DNA from: Dehalococcoidia bacterium
GTDB taxonomy: Bacteria; Chloroflexota; Dehalococcoidia; DSTF01; WHTK01
DNA length: 64,000 bases
Direction: 5' to 3'
NCBI GenBank assembly: GCA_035574915.1
Contig: DATLYJ010000078.1
Span: 6,460-70,459 of the forward strand
The notes beneath the pieces are model-generated. The model worked only from the letters and a program-made list of their open reading frames with translations, made no database searches and had not been told where the DNA came from. Below, in pieces: positions 8,914 through 18,911 of the stretch. Numbering within the stretch: position 1 is the stretch's first letter; the number at the start of each line of letters is the position of its first letter. The position numbers and the translations under genes were made by a program.

Positions 8914-10179
8914 CTACTTACCGAGGCCGCCGATGCCCCGTGGCGGCCCCTCGGCCAGCTTCAGCGCCGTGGCTTCGTCGGTGCCCCAGGAAGCGGGGGT
9001 CATCTTCAGCGCCGTAACCGGCCAACTGTATCCGTCGTCGACGCGGATCGCCGCCACGCCGAGGTCGTGCGGCTCGCGCTTGGCCACGACGAAGCGGCCG
9101 CCCGGGGACCAGAAAACGAGGCAGCCGTCGCCGAGGAAGCGCAACTCCTTCGACGAGAGCGACTCGAGCAAGTAGAGGTTGTGCTCCTTGCGGTTGAGGC
9201 TGTAAGTCGAGAGCACCATCTGCGAGCCGTCCGGCGACCACTTCATCTCCCCCGCGTACCCCTCCCGCAGATAGTACGTCAGCGGTTCGCCCGAGCCGTC
9301 CGAGAGCGCGATGTGCATCACAAAGGGCCACGCGACGGGACTGAAGGCGATGCGGCTTCCGTCCGGCGACCACGAGATCGCCAGGCTGCCCGGCGCCCGT
9401 TGCCCGGGCGGCGACGACAGCAGCCGCCCGGCGTTCGCGACCAGCTGGACAACGCCTGCCCCGTCCACCGTAAGGAGCTGCCAGCCGAGCGCGTCGTCCT
9501 GGGCGAACGCGAGCCGGCGTCCGTCGGGTGACGGCACGAAGCCGGTTAACACGGACGCGACCTTATAGATGCCGCGGACGCTGCCGTCGCGGGCGAGCCA
9601 GAGGAGCGGCGTATCCGTGGCGGCATCGAGTGTGGCGAAGACAAGGCCGCCGTCGGAGGTCCAGGCGAACGCCGTGGCTCCCGCGCCCAGCGTGGTCACG
9701 GATCGAGTGGACGGCTCGACCAACATGATGCCGCCGTCATCGTCGAGTGCGGCAAGGACTTCGCCGACGGGCGACCAGGCGGCGTCTCTTAACCCGGCGG
9801 CGAGCTCGACCGGTTGCGGCGTCTGACCTTCGGCCGGCAGCGTGGCGTCCCAGAACAAGAGCTGGCAGGGCGTGTTCCCGAGGCAGTGCCGGAAGGCCTG
9901 CCAGCGTCCGCTCGCAGAGGTGGCCGGGCGATAGGTGTTCTCCTGGGCCCTGCCCAGTTCGGCGCCGTCTGGCGTGAATCGGTACAGGAGGTTCGATGAT
10001 CTCAGGACGATAACACCGTCCGCTGAGGGGTCGGGCACCACCTCATCGGGTTCGATGACCGTTACAGCAGCGGGCGCCGCGGGGTCGGGAGCGTCTCGGC
10101 GCACCGCGACATACACGCTCGCCAGGATGGCTGCGAGCGATACCAGGCTGCTGGCAAGCAGGAAGACTCTCCAGCGCAT
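8914..10179 (-). CDS. membrane-anchored PD40/TolB-like beta-propeller protein
   Basis: N-terminal TM (VFLLASSLVSLAAILASVYVAV); repeats SWSPDGSRIAF and KWSPDGSQMV; strong RBS AAAGAGGAGGG upstream. Confidence 0.7.
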   Translation of the reverse strand: MRWRVFLLASSLVSLAAILASVYVAVRRDAPDPAAPAAVTVIEPDEVVPDPSADGVIVLRSSNLLYRFTPDGAELGRAQENTYRPATSASGRWQAFRHCLGNTPCQLLFWDATLPAEGQTPQPVELAAGLRDAAWSPVGEVLAALDDDGGIMLVEPSTRSVTTLGAGATAFAWTSDGGLVFATLDAATDTPLLWLARDGSVRGIYKVASVLTGFVPSPDGRRLAFAQDDALGWQLLTVDGAGVVQLVANAGRLLSSPPGQRAPGSLAISWSPDGSRIAFSPVAWPFVMHIALSDGSGEPLTYYLREGYAGEMKWSPDGSQMVLSTYSLNRKEHNLYLLESLSSKELRFLGDGCLVFWSPGGRFVVAKREPHDLGVAAIRVDDGYSWPVTALKMTPASWGTDEATALKLAEGPPRGIGGLGK

Positions 10180-10332
10180 GACGGCCCTCCTCTTTAACGA
10201 CGTATCGTCGTGACGGCCATTATCACAGCGCCACCGGAAATGTCACTACCCTCGGGCCGGCTGGTCTGCTGGCCGGCTGGCCGCCCAGCGCCCGCCGTTG
10301 CCTCGCTGTAGGCGCCCTTCGGAAAGGGCGCG

Positions 10333-11412
10333 TCAGACGCCGCCCGGCGGTGTCACCGACGGCGACGCGGGCCGGGACGCCAGCCAGGCTTCTACCTTGT
10401 CGAGCGGTACCTGCCAGTTCATGCGCGACAGGTAGGGCTTGAAGCCAAGCTCGTTGTTGATGCGGAGCATCGGGGCGTTGGACTGGGCGTTGCCCGTCCG
10501 GATGAAGCGGACCAGGGGCCGCTCGCGCAGGACCTTGTCGAGCATCGATGCCTTCAGCCACTTGCCCAGGCCGCGGTTGCGGAACTCGGGGAAGACGCCG
10601 GTGTCGCCCTGGTTGAGCTCGTAGGGCAGACCGGGCCGGTAGAGGACCTCGGTATAGCCGGCCAGGCGGCCGCTCTCTCGGTGGCGGACGTACATCGTCC
10701 AGCGCTCCCAGTTGGCGGCCCGCTCGTACGCCTCGAGTTCGCGCAGGCGCTCCGGCGTCATCGGCGAGTCCTCCATGGCGAGGTCGTCGCGTGGGGCGGT
10801 GTTCATCACCTCCATCAGGGCAACGATGGCTTCGAGCTGGTCCTCCGGCATGGCGCCTTCGACCAGCACCATCTCGAACTCCCTCTCGAGCGAGGAACCG
10901 AGCGCGAGCCAGTCCGCCAGCGCCTTCCAGTTGACCTCGTCGATGTTGAGCTGGTTGGTGTACACCGCCTGCGCGGGCGTCGCGCCCAGGGCCCGCATGA
11001 AGGCTTCGCCGCCGGGCGCGCGTGAGGTGGTCGAACCGAAGAGCATGGTCCGGCCGTCCGCCTTCGAGGCGTCGACGACCAGGCGCAGCAGGGCCGTGCC
11101 GAGCCCTCTGCGCCGCCAGGCGGGATCGACGCTGATGTACGCCCAGGCGGGCGTGGCGGTTGTACGGCGTGCGCTGCAGCGAGACGCCGCCGCTCGCCAC
11201 GATCGCGCCCTCTCGCCACACGAACCACGTGCGCTGGTCTACGTAGGAGGGCAACTCGCGGTAGTTGAGCTTCGTCTCCTCGAGGGGCGTCGGAGGGTCG
11301 TCGGGCCAGGACTCCGCTGCCGTGAGGTTGTCGAACGCGTTGATCGCGACGAAGTCGGCGTCAGTGGCGGCGCCCCGGTCGAATGGTCGGATGTCGAAGC
11401 CTGGGCCGGACA
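10333..11412 (-). pseudogene. GNAT-family N-acetyltransferase, apparently frameshifted near 11155-11175 (or sequencing error)
   Basis: C-terminal part (frame of ORF 10333..11046) continues upstream as ...PAWAYISVDPAWRRRGLGTALLRLVV (GNAT acetyl-CoA motif). A plausible N-terminal part (MSGPGFDIRPFDRGAATDADFVAINAFDN...WFVWREGAIVASGGVSLQRTPYN) lies in a different frame starting at 11412. The two frames join only with a 1-nt indel. Confidence 0.5.
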
Positions 11413-11662
11413 TGAGGCGCCTCGTGCCGAGATGTAACGAGAAGTGTAGCGGAAAGGACAAGCGACGAGGGTCGCGTAACCCGCGGCCGACTTGCCCGCC
11501 TCCGTCGGAGCCTACTCTGCACGACGGGACCGCAGGCGCAGCCGCCTCTAGCGAGAGTCGCATCTTCGGGCGCCGCCCGCTTCCCGCTCCGCTCTTCCTT
11601 GTCCCCTGTTCCGTGTTCTCTGATACTTCGACTCACGACACACCCGCTTAGGAGCACCGACC

Positions 11663-12832
11663 ATGGACTTCCAGCTCACAGAGCAGCAGAAGCTGATCCA
11701 GGAGACCGCCCGCCGCATCGCTCGGGAGAAGGTGGCGCCGCGCGCCGCCGAGATCGACGAGAAGGAAGAGTACCCGGAGGACATCTATCAGGCCTTCAAG
11801 GAGGTCGGCCTCCTGGGGCTCTCCATTCCGCAGGAGTACGGCGGCTCCGGCGCCGGCGTGCTCGCCCTCGCCCTGGCCGTGGAGGAGGTCGCGAAGTACT
11901 GCTGCTCCTCCGGCCTCATTCTCCTGCTCTCCATGCTCTCGACCCAGCCGATCATCATTGGCGGTACGGAGGAGCAGAAGAAGCGCTGGGCCGGGGCCGT
12001 CGCCCGCGGCGAAATGCGCGCCTCCTTCTGCCTCACCGAACCCTCGACGGGCTCCGACGCCGCCAACCTGCGCACCCGCGCCGTCCGCGACGGGGATGAC
12101 TACGTCCTCAATGGCGAGAAGTCCTACATCTCTGGCGGCACCGTCGCCGATTTCGTCACGCTGTTCGCGAAGACGGACCCCACCGCCGGCTCGCGCGGCA
12201 TCACCGGCTTCATCATCGACGCCAAGAACACGCCCGGCTTCTCGGTCGCCCGCACGGACCGCAAGATGGGAGTGAAGGCCGTCGCGACGGCACATTTCGC
12301 CATCCAGGACGCCCGCGTCCCGGCCGAGAACGTCATCGGCGGCAGCGAGGGGCGCGGATTCAATGCGGCGATGCTCGGCCTCAACACCTGCCGCCCCGTG
12401 GTCGGCGCCCGCGGGCTCGGCCTCGCCGAAGGCGCGCTCGCCTACGCGCTCGAGTACGCGCGCAAGCGCGAGGCCTTCGGCTCACCGATCGCAGACTTGC
12501 AGGCGATCCAGTTCATGCTCGCCGACATGGCTATCGCCATCGAGGCCTCACGACTCCTCGTCTACCAGGCCGCCTGGAACGTCGACCATGGCCTCTACCA
12601 GCGCGAGCACGCCCACTACCTCTCGATCGCGAAGGCGTTCGCGACCGAGACCGCGGTCAAGGTGTCCTCGGACGCGATCCAGATACTGGGCGCGCAGGGC
12701 TACATGATGGACCACCCGCTGGAGCGGCATTACCGCGACGCGCGTCAGCTGATGATCGTGGAGGGGACGAGCCAGATCCAGCGCGTCCTGATCTCGCGCG
12801 CCCTCCTCGACCGCAACCTTGTGTACGCGTGA
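11663..12832 (+). CDS. acyl-CoA dehydrogenase
   Basis: 389 aa with ACAD signatures (CLTEPSTGSDAANL, YISGG; C-terminal QILGAQGYMMDHPLERHYRDAR). Confidence 0.9.
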   Translation: MDFQLTEQQKLIQETARRIAREKVAPRAAEIDEKEEYPEDIYQAFKEVGLLGLSIPQEYGGSGAGVLALALAVEEVAKYCCSSGLILLLSMLSTQPIIIGGTEEQKKRWAGAVARGEMRASFCLTEPSTGSDAANLRTRAVRDGDDYVLNGEKSYISGGTVADFVTLFAKTDPTAGSRGITGFIIDAKNTPGFSVARTDRKMGVKAVATAHFAIQDARVPAENVIGGSEGRGFNAAMLGLNTCRPVVGARGLGLAEGALAYALEYARKREAFGSPIADLQAIQFMLADMAIAIEASRLLVYQAAWNVDHGLYQREHAHYLSIAKAFATETAVKVSSDAIQILGAQGYMMDHPLERHYRDARQLMIVEGTSQIQRVLISRALLDRNLVYA

Positions 12833-12867
12833 CGCCCTTCCCGGCGGGGCTGCCCTTCGAGCTCAGA

Positions 12868-12897
12868 GCAGAGGCCGGACCAGAGTCCGGCCTCTGC
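12868..12897. terminator. perfect 12-bp stem hairpin between convergent genes (bidirectional terminator candidate)
   Basis: GCAGAGGCCGGA-ccagag-TCCGGCCTCTGC; no U-tract on either strand. Confidence 0.4.
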
Positions 12898-12921
12898 CCC
12901 GCCACCGGGACTTCAAGGGTC

Positions 12922-14628
12922 CTAGCCCTTGGCGATCCAGGTCTTCCAGAGGTTCCAGTCCCCTCGCAGGTAGCCGTCCAGGCCCGTCACCTGCAGGTCC
13001 CGCACACGCCCTTTCACGACGATGAAGGTTTCGCGGTGGTACAGGGGTGCGATCGCTGCGTCCTCGAGCACGAGCCGGTGAACCTGAGCGTACAGGTCCA
13101 GATGCTTTCGCACATCGGTCTCTGACCTGGCCTTCTCCAGCAACTCGTCTACCCTGGGGTTGCTGTAGTGGTAGACGTTGAAGTTCCCGTTCGTGCCGAA
13201 GTGCTCCGGCAGCCAGTTGTCCGGGTAGGCCCAGTCCGCCGACCACCCGGACATGCTCATGTTGAAGTCGCCGCGAGTAAAGCGGGACTGGTATGTCGCC
13301 GCATCTACAAGCTCCACATTGACCTCAACGCCGAGGTTGCGGCGGAATTGCTCCTGCATGAACTGGGCGATGAGGCGGTTCGTGTCGTTCGTGCGGAGGA
13401 AGAGAGTGACCTTCGGCAGGCCTTCGCCGTTTGGATAGCCCGCAGCAGCGAGCAGCGCGCGGGCCTTCGCCGGGTCGAATTCGTATTGCTTGCCGGCCGC
13501 GGCCTCATAACCGGGCATGCCCGGCGGCAGCCAGCCGTTTGCGGCGACGCCGACGCCCTGAAGGACGCCCTCGATCAACGCGCGCCGGTCGACGGCGGTA
13601 GCGAAGGCCTGCCGCACTTTATGGTTGTCGAAGGGCTTGTCCTGGCTATTGAAAGCCAGGGCCGCCGTGCCAAGGTCGACCTGGCGCTTCAGGTCAGCAT
13701 TCAGAGGAGAACCGGAGGTCGCGACCTCGCGCCGGCTGGCCGGGGGCACCGGCGCTACGTCGATCTCGCCCGCCTGGTAGGCCGCGAAAGCAGCGACCTC
13801 ATCTTCGATGATGCTCAACGTGACCTTCGAGAGCAGGGCTCGGCCAAGGTGCCAGTTAGGGTTAGGTTCCAGCGCCAGGCGGGCGCCGTGTGTCCACTCC
13901 GTCAGCACGAAGGGGCCGTTACCCACGAGACTCCCGGCTTCGGTCCATGACGGCCCGCGCTCGATCACGTCCTTGCGGACCGGCGCCGAGGCCCAGAGCG
14001 CGAGCTGGTTCAGGAAGCTGGCGCTGGGCGCGGTCAGCGTGAACACCACCGTGCGCTCGTCCTTTGCGGTTACGCCCACGGCCTCGCGCAGGGCCGCAAG
14101 CTCCGCGTCCGAAGGTGCTTTCGGCGCCGACTTCGTGCCCAGCGCGGTGGAGTACTCGCGAGCGCCGGCGATGACACCGAAGTTGCCGGCGTAAGGTGAG
14201 GCCACCTTTGGGTCCAGCATGCGCTTCAGACCGAAAACCACGTCATCGGCAGTCAAGGGAGCGCCGTCGCTCCACTTGAGGTCGCGCCGCAGCCTCACGG
14301 TGTACGTCTTGCCGTCGCGGGAGATGCCGCCGTTCTCGGTCGTCGGCAGTTCGGCCGCCATGTCGGGCACGACATTGAGCCGCTCGTCGTAGCGGAAGAG
14401 GGAGCTGAAGAGCTGCTTGACCACTGAGATGTCGGTGGTGAAGTTGGCCTGGTGGGGGTCCAACGTCCTCGGCTCCGCGCCCAGGCGGAGGCGCAGGACC
14501 TGCTGGTCGGCCGGCGCCATCTCGCCGGTGCGCGCTGACTCATCGTCGCCGGTGCCGCAGGCAACGGCCAGGGTCGCCAGGGCGACGGCCGCAGCAAGCT
14601 GCCAGAAGTGGAAGCGGGCTGGCTTCAT
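12922..14628 (-). CDS. ABC transporter substrate-binding lipoprotein, peptide/nickel (family 5, DppA/OppA-like)
   Basis: Lipobox LAVACG after MKPARFHFWQLAAAVALAT; about 568 aa, typical SBP-5 length and composition. Confidence 0.8.
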   Translation of the reverse strand: MKPARFHFWQLAAAVALATLAVACGTGDDESARTGEMAPADQQVLRLRLGAEPRTLDPHQANFTTDISVVKQLFSSLFRYDERLNVVPDMAAELPTTENGGISRDGKTYTVRLRRDLKWSDGAPLTADDVVFGLKRMLDPKVASPYAGNFGVIAGAREYSTALGTKSAPKAPSDAELAALREAVGVTAKDERTVVFTLTAPSASFLNQLALWASAPVRKDVIERGPSWTEAGSLVGNGPFVLTEWTHGARLALEPNPNWHLGRALLSKVTLSIIEDEVAAFAAYQAGEIDVAPVPPASRREVATSGSPLNADLKRQVDLGTAALAFNSQDKPFDNHKVRQAFATAVDRRALIEGVLQGVGVAANGWLPPGMPGYEAAAGKQYEFDPAKARALLAAAGYPNGEGLPKVTLFLRTNDTNRLIAQFMQEQFRRNLGVEVNVELVDAATYQSRFTRGDFNMSMSGWSADWAYPDNWLPEHFGTNGNFNVYHYSNPRVDELLEKARSETDVRKHLDLYAQVHRLVLEDAAIAPLYHRETFIVVKGRVRDLQVTGLDGYLRGDWNLWKTWIAKG

Positions 14629-14832
14629 CTCGGTCTCCATCTACGGGGCCGGACGCCCTGAGGGTAAGATTCGAAGTCTTATCGGCAGGCGGCCCGACAA
14701 CGTTAGAGGCGGGCAGGCTCCGGCACAGCGATACGGGATCAGCGATCGTCATTAGCCTGCGGGCCCTTTGGCCCGGACGAGAGCGGCCATTCGACCGTAG
14801 GCGCGGCCGTTGCGCTCCCTTAGGCTTAGGTC

Positions 14833-15195
14833 ATGGATCGCGGACGTCGCTCGGTGGCTCTACTGGGTCGCGAGGATTCTCTGCGCCAGGTGCTGGCAAT
14901 CGCGCTGCGCAGCGAGGGCTTCGACGTGTTCGAATCAGACCCCTCCTGTCAGCCGCTGCCGGAGGCCGACCCCGACATCGTGCTCTACCAGTACCGGCAC
15001 CGTGATGGAGACTCCAGGGACACTGTGCGTGGCTGGCGTGAGGTCTATCCCCGCGCGGCGATCGTCGAGATCTCGTTCTACTCGGGTGGCACGTCCGGCG
15101 GCGAGGCAGACGTTGTCATCGAGGTGCCCCTTACTCTCGACACGCTGATGCGAGCCATTGAATCGGCGAGCTCGGGCCACGCCGTCTCCTCTTGA
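14833..15195 (+). CDS. stand-alone receiver-like (pseudo-receiver) domain protein
   Basis: CheY-like layout, but the phospho-acceptor Asp position reads DIVLYQY (Q/Y instead of D) and the conserved Lys position is IEVPL. Confidence 0.45.
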   Translation: MDRGRRSVALLGREDSLRQVLAIALRSEGFDVFESDPSCQPLPEADPDIVLYQYRHRDGDSRDTVRGWREVYPRAAIVEISFYSGGTSGGEADVVIEVPLTLDTLMRAIESASSGHAVSS

Positions 15196-15267
15196 CGGCA
15201 GGCAGTCCCGCGGCGGCTGCGACACGTCTGCCCTGGCGCTGAGACAGTCGGGCGCCTGCGGAGGCGC

Positions 15268-16707
15268 CTAGCCGAGGCGAGTGCCTCCGACAGTGATGCC
15301 GGACACGAGTACCGTCGGTATACCGACACCGACGGGGACGGACTGACCGTCCTTGCCGCAGGTCCAGCGGCCATCACTCAGGGCAAAGTCGTTGCCGACG
15401 GCCGCGACCTTCGTGAGCACGTCCGGGCCGTTGCCGATGAGGTTCACGTTGCGGATAGGCGCCGTTATGCGACCGTCCTCGATCATGTAGCCCTCGGTGA
15501 CGCTGAAGACGAAGTCGCCGTTGCTGATGTTTACCTGCCCGCCTGAGAAGGCCACGCAGTAGACTCCCTTGCGCACCGAGCGGACGATGTCCTCCGGAGT
15601 AGACTCGCCGGCGAGCATGTAAGTGTTAGTCATGCGCGGCATGGGGTAGTGCTTGAAGGACTGCCTCCGGCCGTTCCCCGATGGCCTGGTGCCCATCGCG
15701 CGGGCGCTGATCCGGTCCTGGAGGTAGGCCTGCAGGACGCCGTTCTCGATGAGCACGTTGTAGCCGGGGGGATTGCCCTCGTCGTCGACGTTGATCGAGC
15801 CGCGGCTGTCGCTGATCGTCCCGTCGTCGACGATCGTGCATAGCGGCGACGCCACCAGTTCTCCGATCCTGTCGGAGTAGTTACTGGTCTTCTTGCGATT
15901 GAAGTCCGCCTCCAGGCCATGGCCGATGGCCTCGTGGAGCAGGATGCCTGAGTCGCCAGCGGCGAGGACGACGGGGAAAGTGCCAGCCGGCGCTTCGATG
16001 GCGGACTGCAACAGCACCGCCTGCCGGGCAGCCTCCCGCGCCAGGTCCTCCGGAGAATGCTGGTCGAAATAGGCCATGCCCATGCGCCCGCCGCCGCCCC
16101 AGCGCGCGGTCTGGCGCTGGCCATCGCGCTCGGAGAGGCAGCTGACGTTGAAGCGGACGAGCGGCTGGATGTCGCCGGCCATGCGGCCATCGCTCGTGTA
16201 GATGGCGATTGTCTTCAATTCGTCGACGATCGCCATGTCGACGCGCGCGATCGAGCGGTCGAAGGCGCGCGCGGCCTCGTCCGCCCTGCGCAGCAGCGCG
16301 ACCTTGTCGGCGGGCGCGACATCGATGGTGCTGCCGGAGGGCGAGTAGTGGCTGGCCGTCTCGTAATGCACGACGTCGACCGGTTTCACTCGGTCGCCGC
16401 GGGAGGCGATCTTCGCCGCCGTCTCAGCGGCGCGCAGCATCGCAGCGCGGCTCAAGTCCTCCGTGTAGGCATATCCGACGGACTCGCCAAGGAGGACGCG
16501 GACGCCGAGGCCCTGGCTGATGCTGCGGTTCGCGCTCTTCACCGCCTGCTGCTCGAACTGGATGTTGCCGGCGTCCTTGTGCTCGAAGTAGAGCTCGGCG
16601 TATTCACCGCCGCGAGATAGCGCCGCGTCCAGAAGCGACAGCGCCACGGCCTCATCGATGCCGTAGCGCTCGCGCATGAAGGCCACACCGCCGCGTTCCT
16701 GAGCCAT
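15268..16707 (-). CDS. tldD: TldD-family metalloprotease
   Basis: About 480 aa with the HExxxH-like motif LHEAIGHGLEADFN and TldD-like N-terminus. Start is ambiguous (16677/16707/16773). Confidence 0.85.
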   Translation of the reverse strand: MAQERGGVAFMRERYGIDEAVALSLLDAALSRGGEYAELYFEHKDAGNIQFEQQAVKSANRSISQGLGVRVLLGESVGYAYTEDLSRAAMLRAAETAAKIASRGDRVKPVDVVHYETASHYSPSGSTIDVAPADKVALLRRADEAARAFDRSIARVDMAIVDELKTIAIYTSDGRMAGDIQPLVRFNVSCLSERDGQRQTARWGGGGRMGMAYFDQHSPEDLAREAARQAVLLQSAIEAPAGTFPVVLAAGDSGILLHEAIGHGLEADFNRKKTSNYSDRIGELVASPLCTIVDDGTISDSRGSINVDDEGNPPGYNVLIENGVLQAYLQDRISARAMGTRPSGNGRRQSFKHYPMPRMTNTYMLAGESTPEDIVRSVRKGVYCVAFSGGQVNISNGDFVFSVTEGYMIEDGRITAPIRNVNLIGNGPDVLTKVAAVGNDFALSDGRWTCGKDGQSVPVGVGIPTVLVSGITVGGTRLG

Positions 16708-16859
16708 GCCGGCCCCTCCCGTCTCTATTGCGCTGATCATAGCGGAGCGGGCAACACAGGAGCCGGTGCGCATGCGGCAGGGTCGTCAGGCAAGGTCCAA
16801 GCCAGCACTTCGTCCCGGGTGGCCTGTACTCTGTGCGCCGCAATGGCTAGCGTGAGTAC

Positions 16860-17798
16860 ATGCTGGAAACGATCGCCACCTCCGGCGCTCCGGGGTCCTG
16901 GACGGAGATCACGGCAGTGGTCCTGCCGGAGGGCCTCGAGCCGCTGTCTGACCTGCTCGCCGCCTTCACCGGCGGGGGAGTGGCGGTCGAGCCGCCCGTA
17001 CAGGCGCTGGGACCGGACGAGGGCTATACGCTCGACCCATCGGCGCCCTCCGTCCTGCGCGCCTACGCCTACGGGCCAGTCTCGCCCGCGCGACGCGCTC
17101 TCCTGCGCCGGCGGATCGCCGGCAGCGGGCTGAGACGCTGGCTTTCGCGCCCCCTGCGCTATCGGACGCTGAGCGAGCAGGACTGGGCCGAGGCCTGGAA
17201 AGCGCACTACGAGGTCGAGCACGTTGGGCGCATCGTCGTCCGTCCGGCCTGGATCGACTACGAGGCAGCACCGGGCGAGGTTGTACTCAGCCTCGACCCC
17301 GGGATGGCCTTTGGCACCGGCCAGCACCCGACAACTCGCATGTGCCTGCTGGCGATGCAGGAACTCCTGCCGCCGGAGGCCGACGTCCTCGACCTCGGCA
17401 CGGGCTCCGGCATCCTTGCCATCGCCACCGTCGCCCTGGGCGCGAGGGTTTGTATCGCGGCCGACATCGAGGAGCAGGCCGTGGCGGCCGCGCGCGCCAA
17501 CGCCGCGCTCAACCAGGTCGAGGACAGGGTGCGCGTGGTCCACGGGTCGCTGGAAGACCTGCCTCCGGGCGAGTTCGACTTCGTGTGCGCCAACATCAAC
17601 GCCGGCACGATAGTGCGCCTGGCGCCGCGGCTCAGGGAAAAGATGCGGCCCGGGGCGGTCTTGCTCGCCAGCGGCGTGATCGCCGAACGAGAGTCCGAGG
17701 TCCGGTCCGCGCTCGAGGCCGCCGGCTTCGAAATCAGGCAGGTGCTGTCCGACGGCGACTGGCGCACCTTCGTGGCGGTCGCGCCCGCGCAGCCCTGA
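16860..17798 (+). CDS. prmA: ribosomal protein L11 methyltransferase
   Basis: Motifs GMAFGTGQHPTT and DLGTGSGILAI are PrmA signatures. Confidence 0.88.
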   Translation: MLETIATSGAPGSWTEITAVVLPEGLEPLSDLLAAFTGGGVAVEPPVQALGPDEGYTLDPSAPSVLRAYAYGPVSPARRALLRRRIAGSGLRRWLSRPLRYRTLSEQDWAEAWKAHYEVEHVGRIVVRPAWIDYEAAPGEVVLSLDPGMAFGTGQHPTTRMCLLAMQELLPPEADVLDLGTGSGILAIATVALGARVCIAADIEEQAVAAARANAALNQVEDRVRVVHGSLEDLPPGEFDFVCANINAGTIVRLAPRLREKMRPGAVLLASGVIAERESEVRSALEAAGFEIRQVLSDGDWRTFVAVAPAQP

Positions 17799-17921
17799 CC
17801 GCCCCGAAGCCGGCTGACGGTCCGGCCCTGCAGCTGAAGCGGCCGACCCGCTACGGCGTTGCGGCGCCGCGGCAGCGAAGACGACGCGCGCCACTCCGCA
17901 ACTGGGTTCGGACGCGATGCC

Positions 17922-18911
17922 TTAGAGCCCGTACTCGCGGCCGTCGAGCCAGAGCTGGCCGTCGACCTCGACGCCGCGGACCACCACCTCCCAGTGCAGG
18001 TGGGGGCCGGTCACCAGGCCCGTCGCGCCCAGGGCGCCGACCTGCTGCCCGCGCGTCACCGCCTGCCCGTCCCCGACATCGATGCGGGAGAGGTGATGGT
18101 AAGCGCTGAAGACGCCGGCGCCGTGGTCGATGATCACCGAATTGCCGCGCACCCGCAGCTCGCCGGTAAAGGCGACCCGGCCGGCGGCGCTGGCGACCAC
18201 GGGCGTCCCTGGCTCCCCCACGAAGTCGTTGCCACGATGGTAGTCCGTGACCGGGCCGCGGTTGTAGCTGCGCGCTTCGCCGTAGACGCTGCTCAGGGGG
18301 CCCGCGTGCGGACGGACGAAGGGGCCGGACCAGAGGCGCTGCGCCGTGTAGCCGGCATAGATAGTGGCCCGCCGCGCGAGTTCCGCCTGCACGATGTCGG
18401 GGGCGAGGAGGCTCGAGGTCTGGGGGTCGAGGTCGATGTTCTCGACCGGGTAGTCCTTGTCGAGCACGGCCAGGCTTGCCACGAGGGTCGCGGCGCCGCC
18501 GCTGGGGAGCGTGTAGTTCACATTGACGGGATAAAGCTGAGGCTGGGCGAAGGCGCCCACGCCGAGGAGAGCCCAGGAGCGCTGGCCGCTTCGCAGCATA
18601 GGGTATTGCCTGCCCTGGAAGCTCGCCGTCGCGGAAGTAGCCGGCTCGTTGAGGACAACCATGGCGAAGCCGCCCTGCACGATCTGGGGTGGGACCAACT
18701 GGATGGGCTGCGGCGCCGTCGTCGGCGTGGGCGGCGGCGCCGTGGGCGTGGGCGGCAGCGGAGTCAGAGTCGGCAGGGGAGGCGTCGGGGTCAGCGCGGG
18801 CTCTGTAGCAACAGGCCCGGCGCCCTTGGCGGCGGAGCCGCAGGCAACGGCGGCGAGAGACGCCTTGAGCGCGAGGAAGAGCATTGCGCGGCGGGGGACG
18901 CGCGCGGCCAT
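17922..18911 (-). CDS. M23-family peptidoglycan metalloendopeptidase lipoprotein
   Basis: Lipobox AAVACGS, a Pro/Thr-rich linker, and a C-terminal LytM motif HRGNDF...GPHLHWEV. Confidence 0.8.
   Translation of the reverse strand: MAARVPRRAMLFLALKASLAAVACGSAAKGAGPVATEPALTPTPPLPTLTPLPPTPTAPPPTPTTAPQPIQLVPPQIVQGGFAMVVLNEPATSATASFQGRQYPMLRSGQRSWALLGVGAFAQPQLYPVNVNYTLPSGGAATLVASLAVLDKDYPVENIDLDPQTSSLLAPDIVQAELARRATIYAGYTAQRLWSGPFVRPHAGPLSSVYGEARSYNRGPVTDYHRGNDFVGEPGTPVVASAAGRVAFTGELRVRGNSVIIDHGAGVFSAYHHLSRIDVGDGQAVTRGQQVGALGATGLVTGPHLHWEVVVRGVEVDGQLWLDGREYGL

Noticed and set aside
7530-9017. 495-aa plus-strand ORF antisense to the LuxR/propeller genes
   Set aside because: Low-complexity Arg/Ala/Gly-rich translation with no motifs. 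It is antisense to two well-supported genes.
10223-11563. 446-aa ORF on the minus strand
   Set aside because: Arg/Pro/Gly-rich composition typical of an off-frame read in high-GC DNA. It overlaps the real GNAT frames; only its 5' part (about 11160..11412) coincides with the GNAT N-terminal frame.
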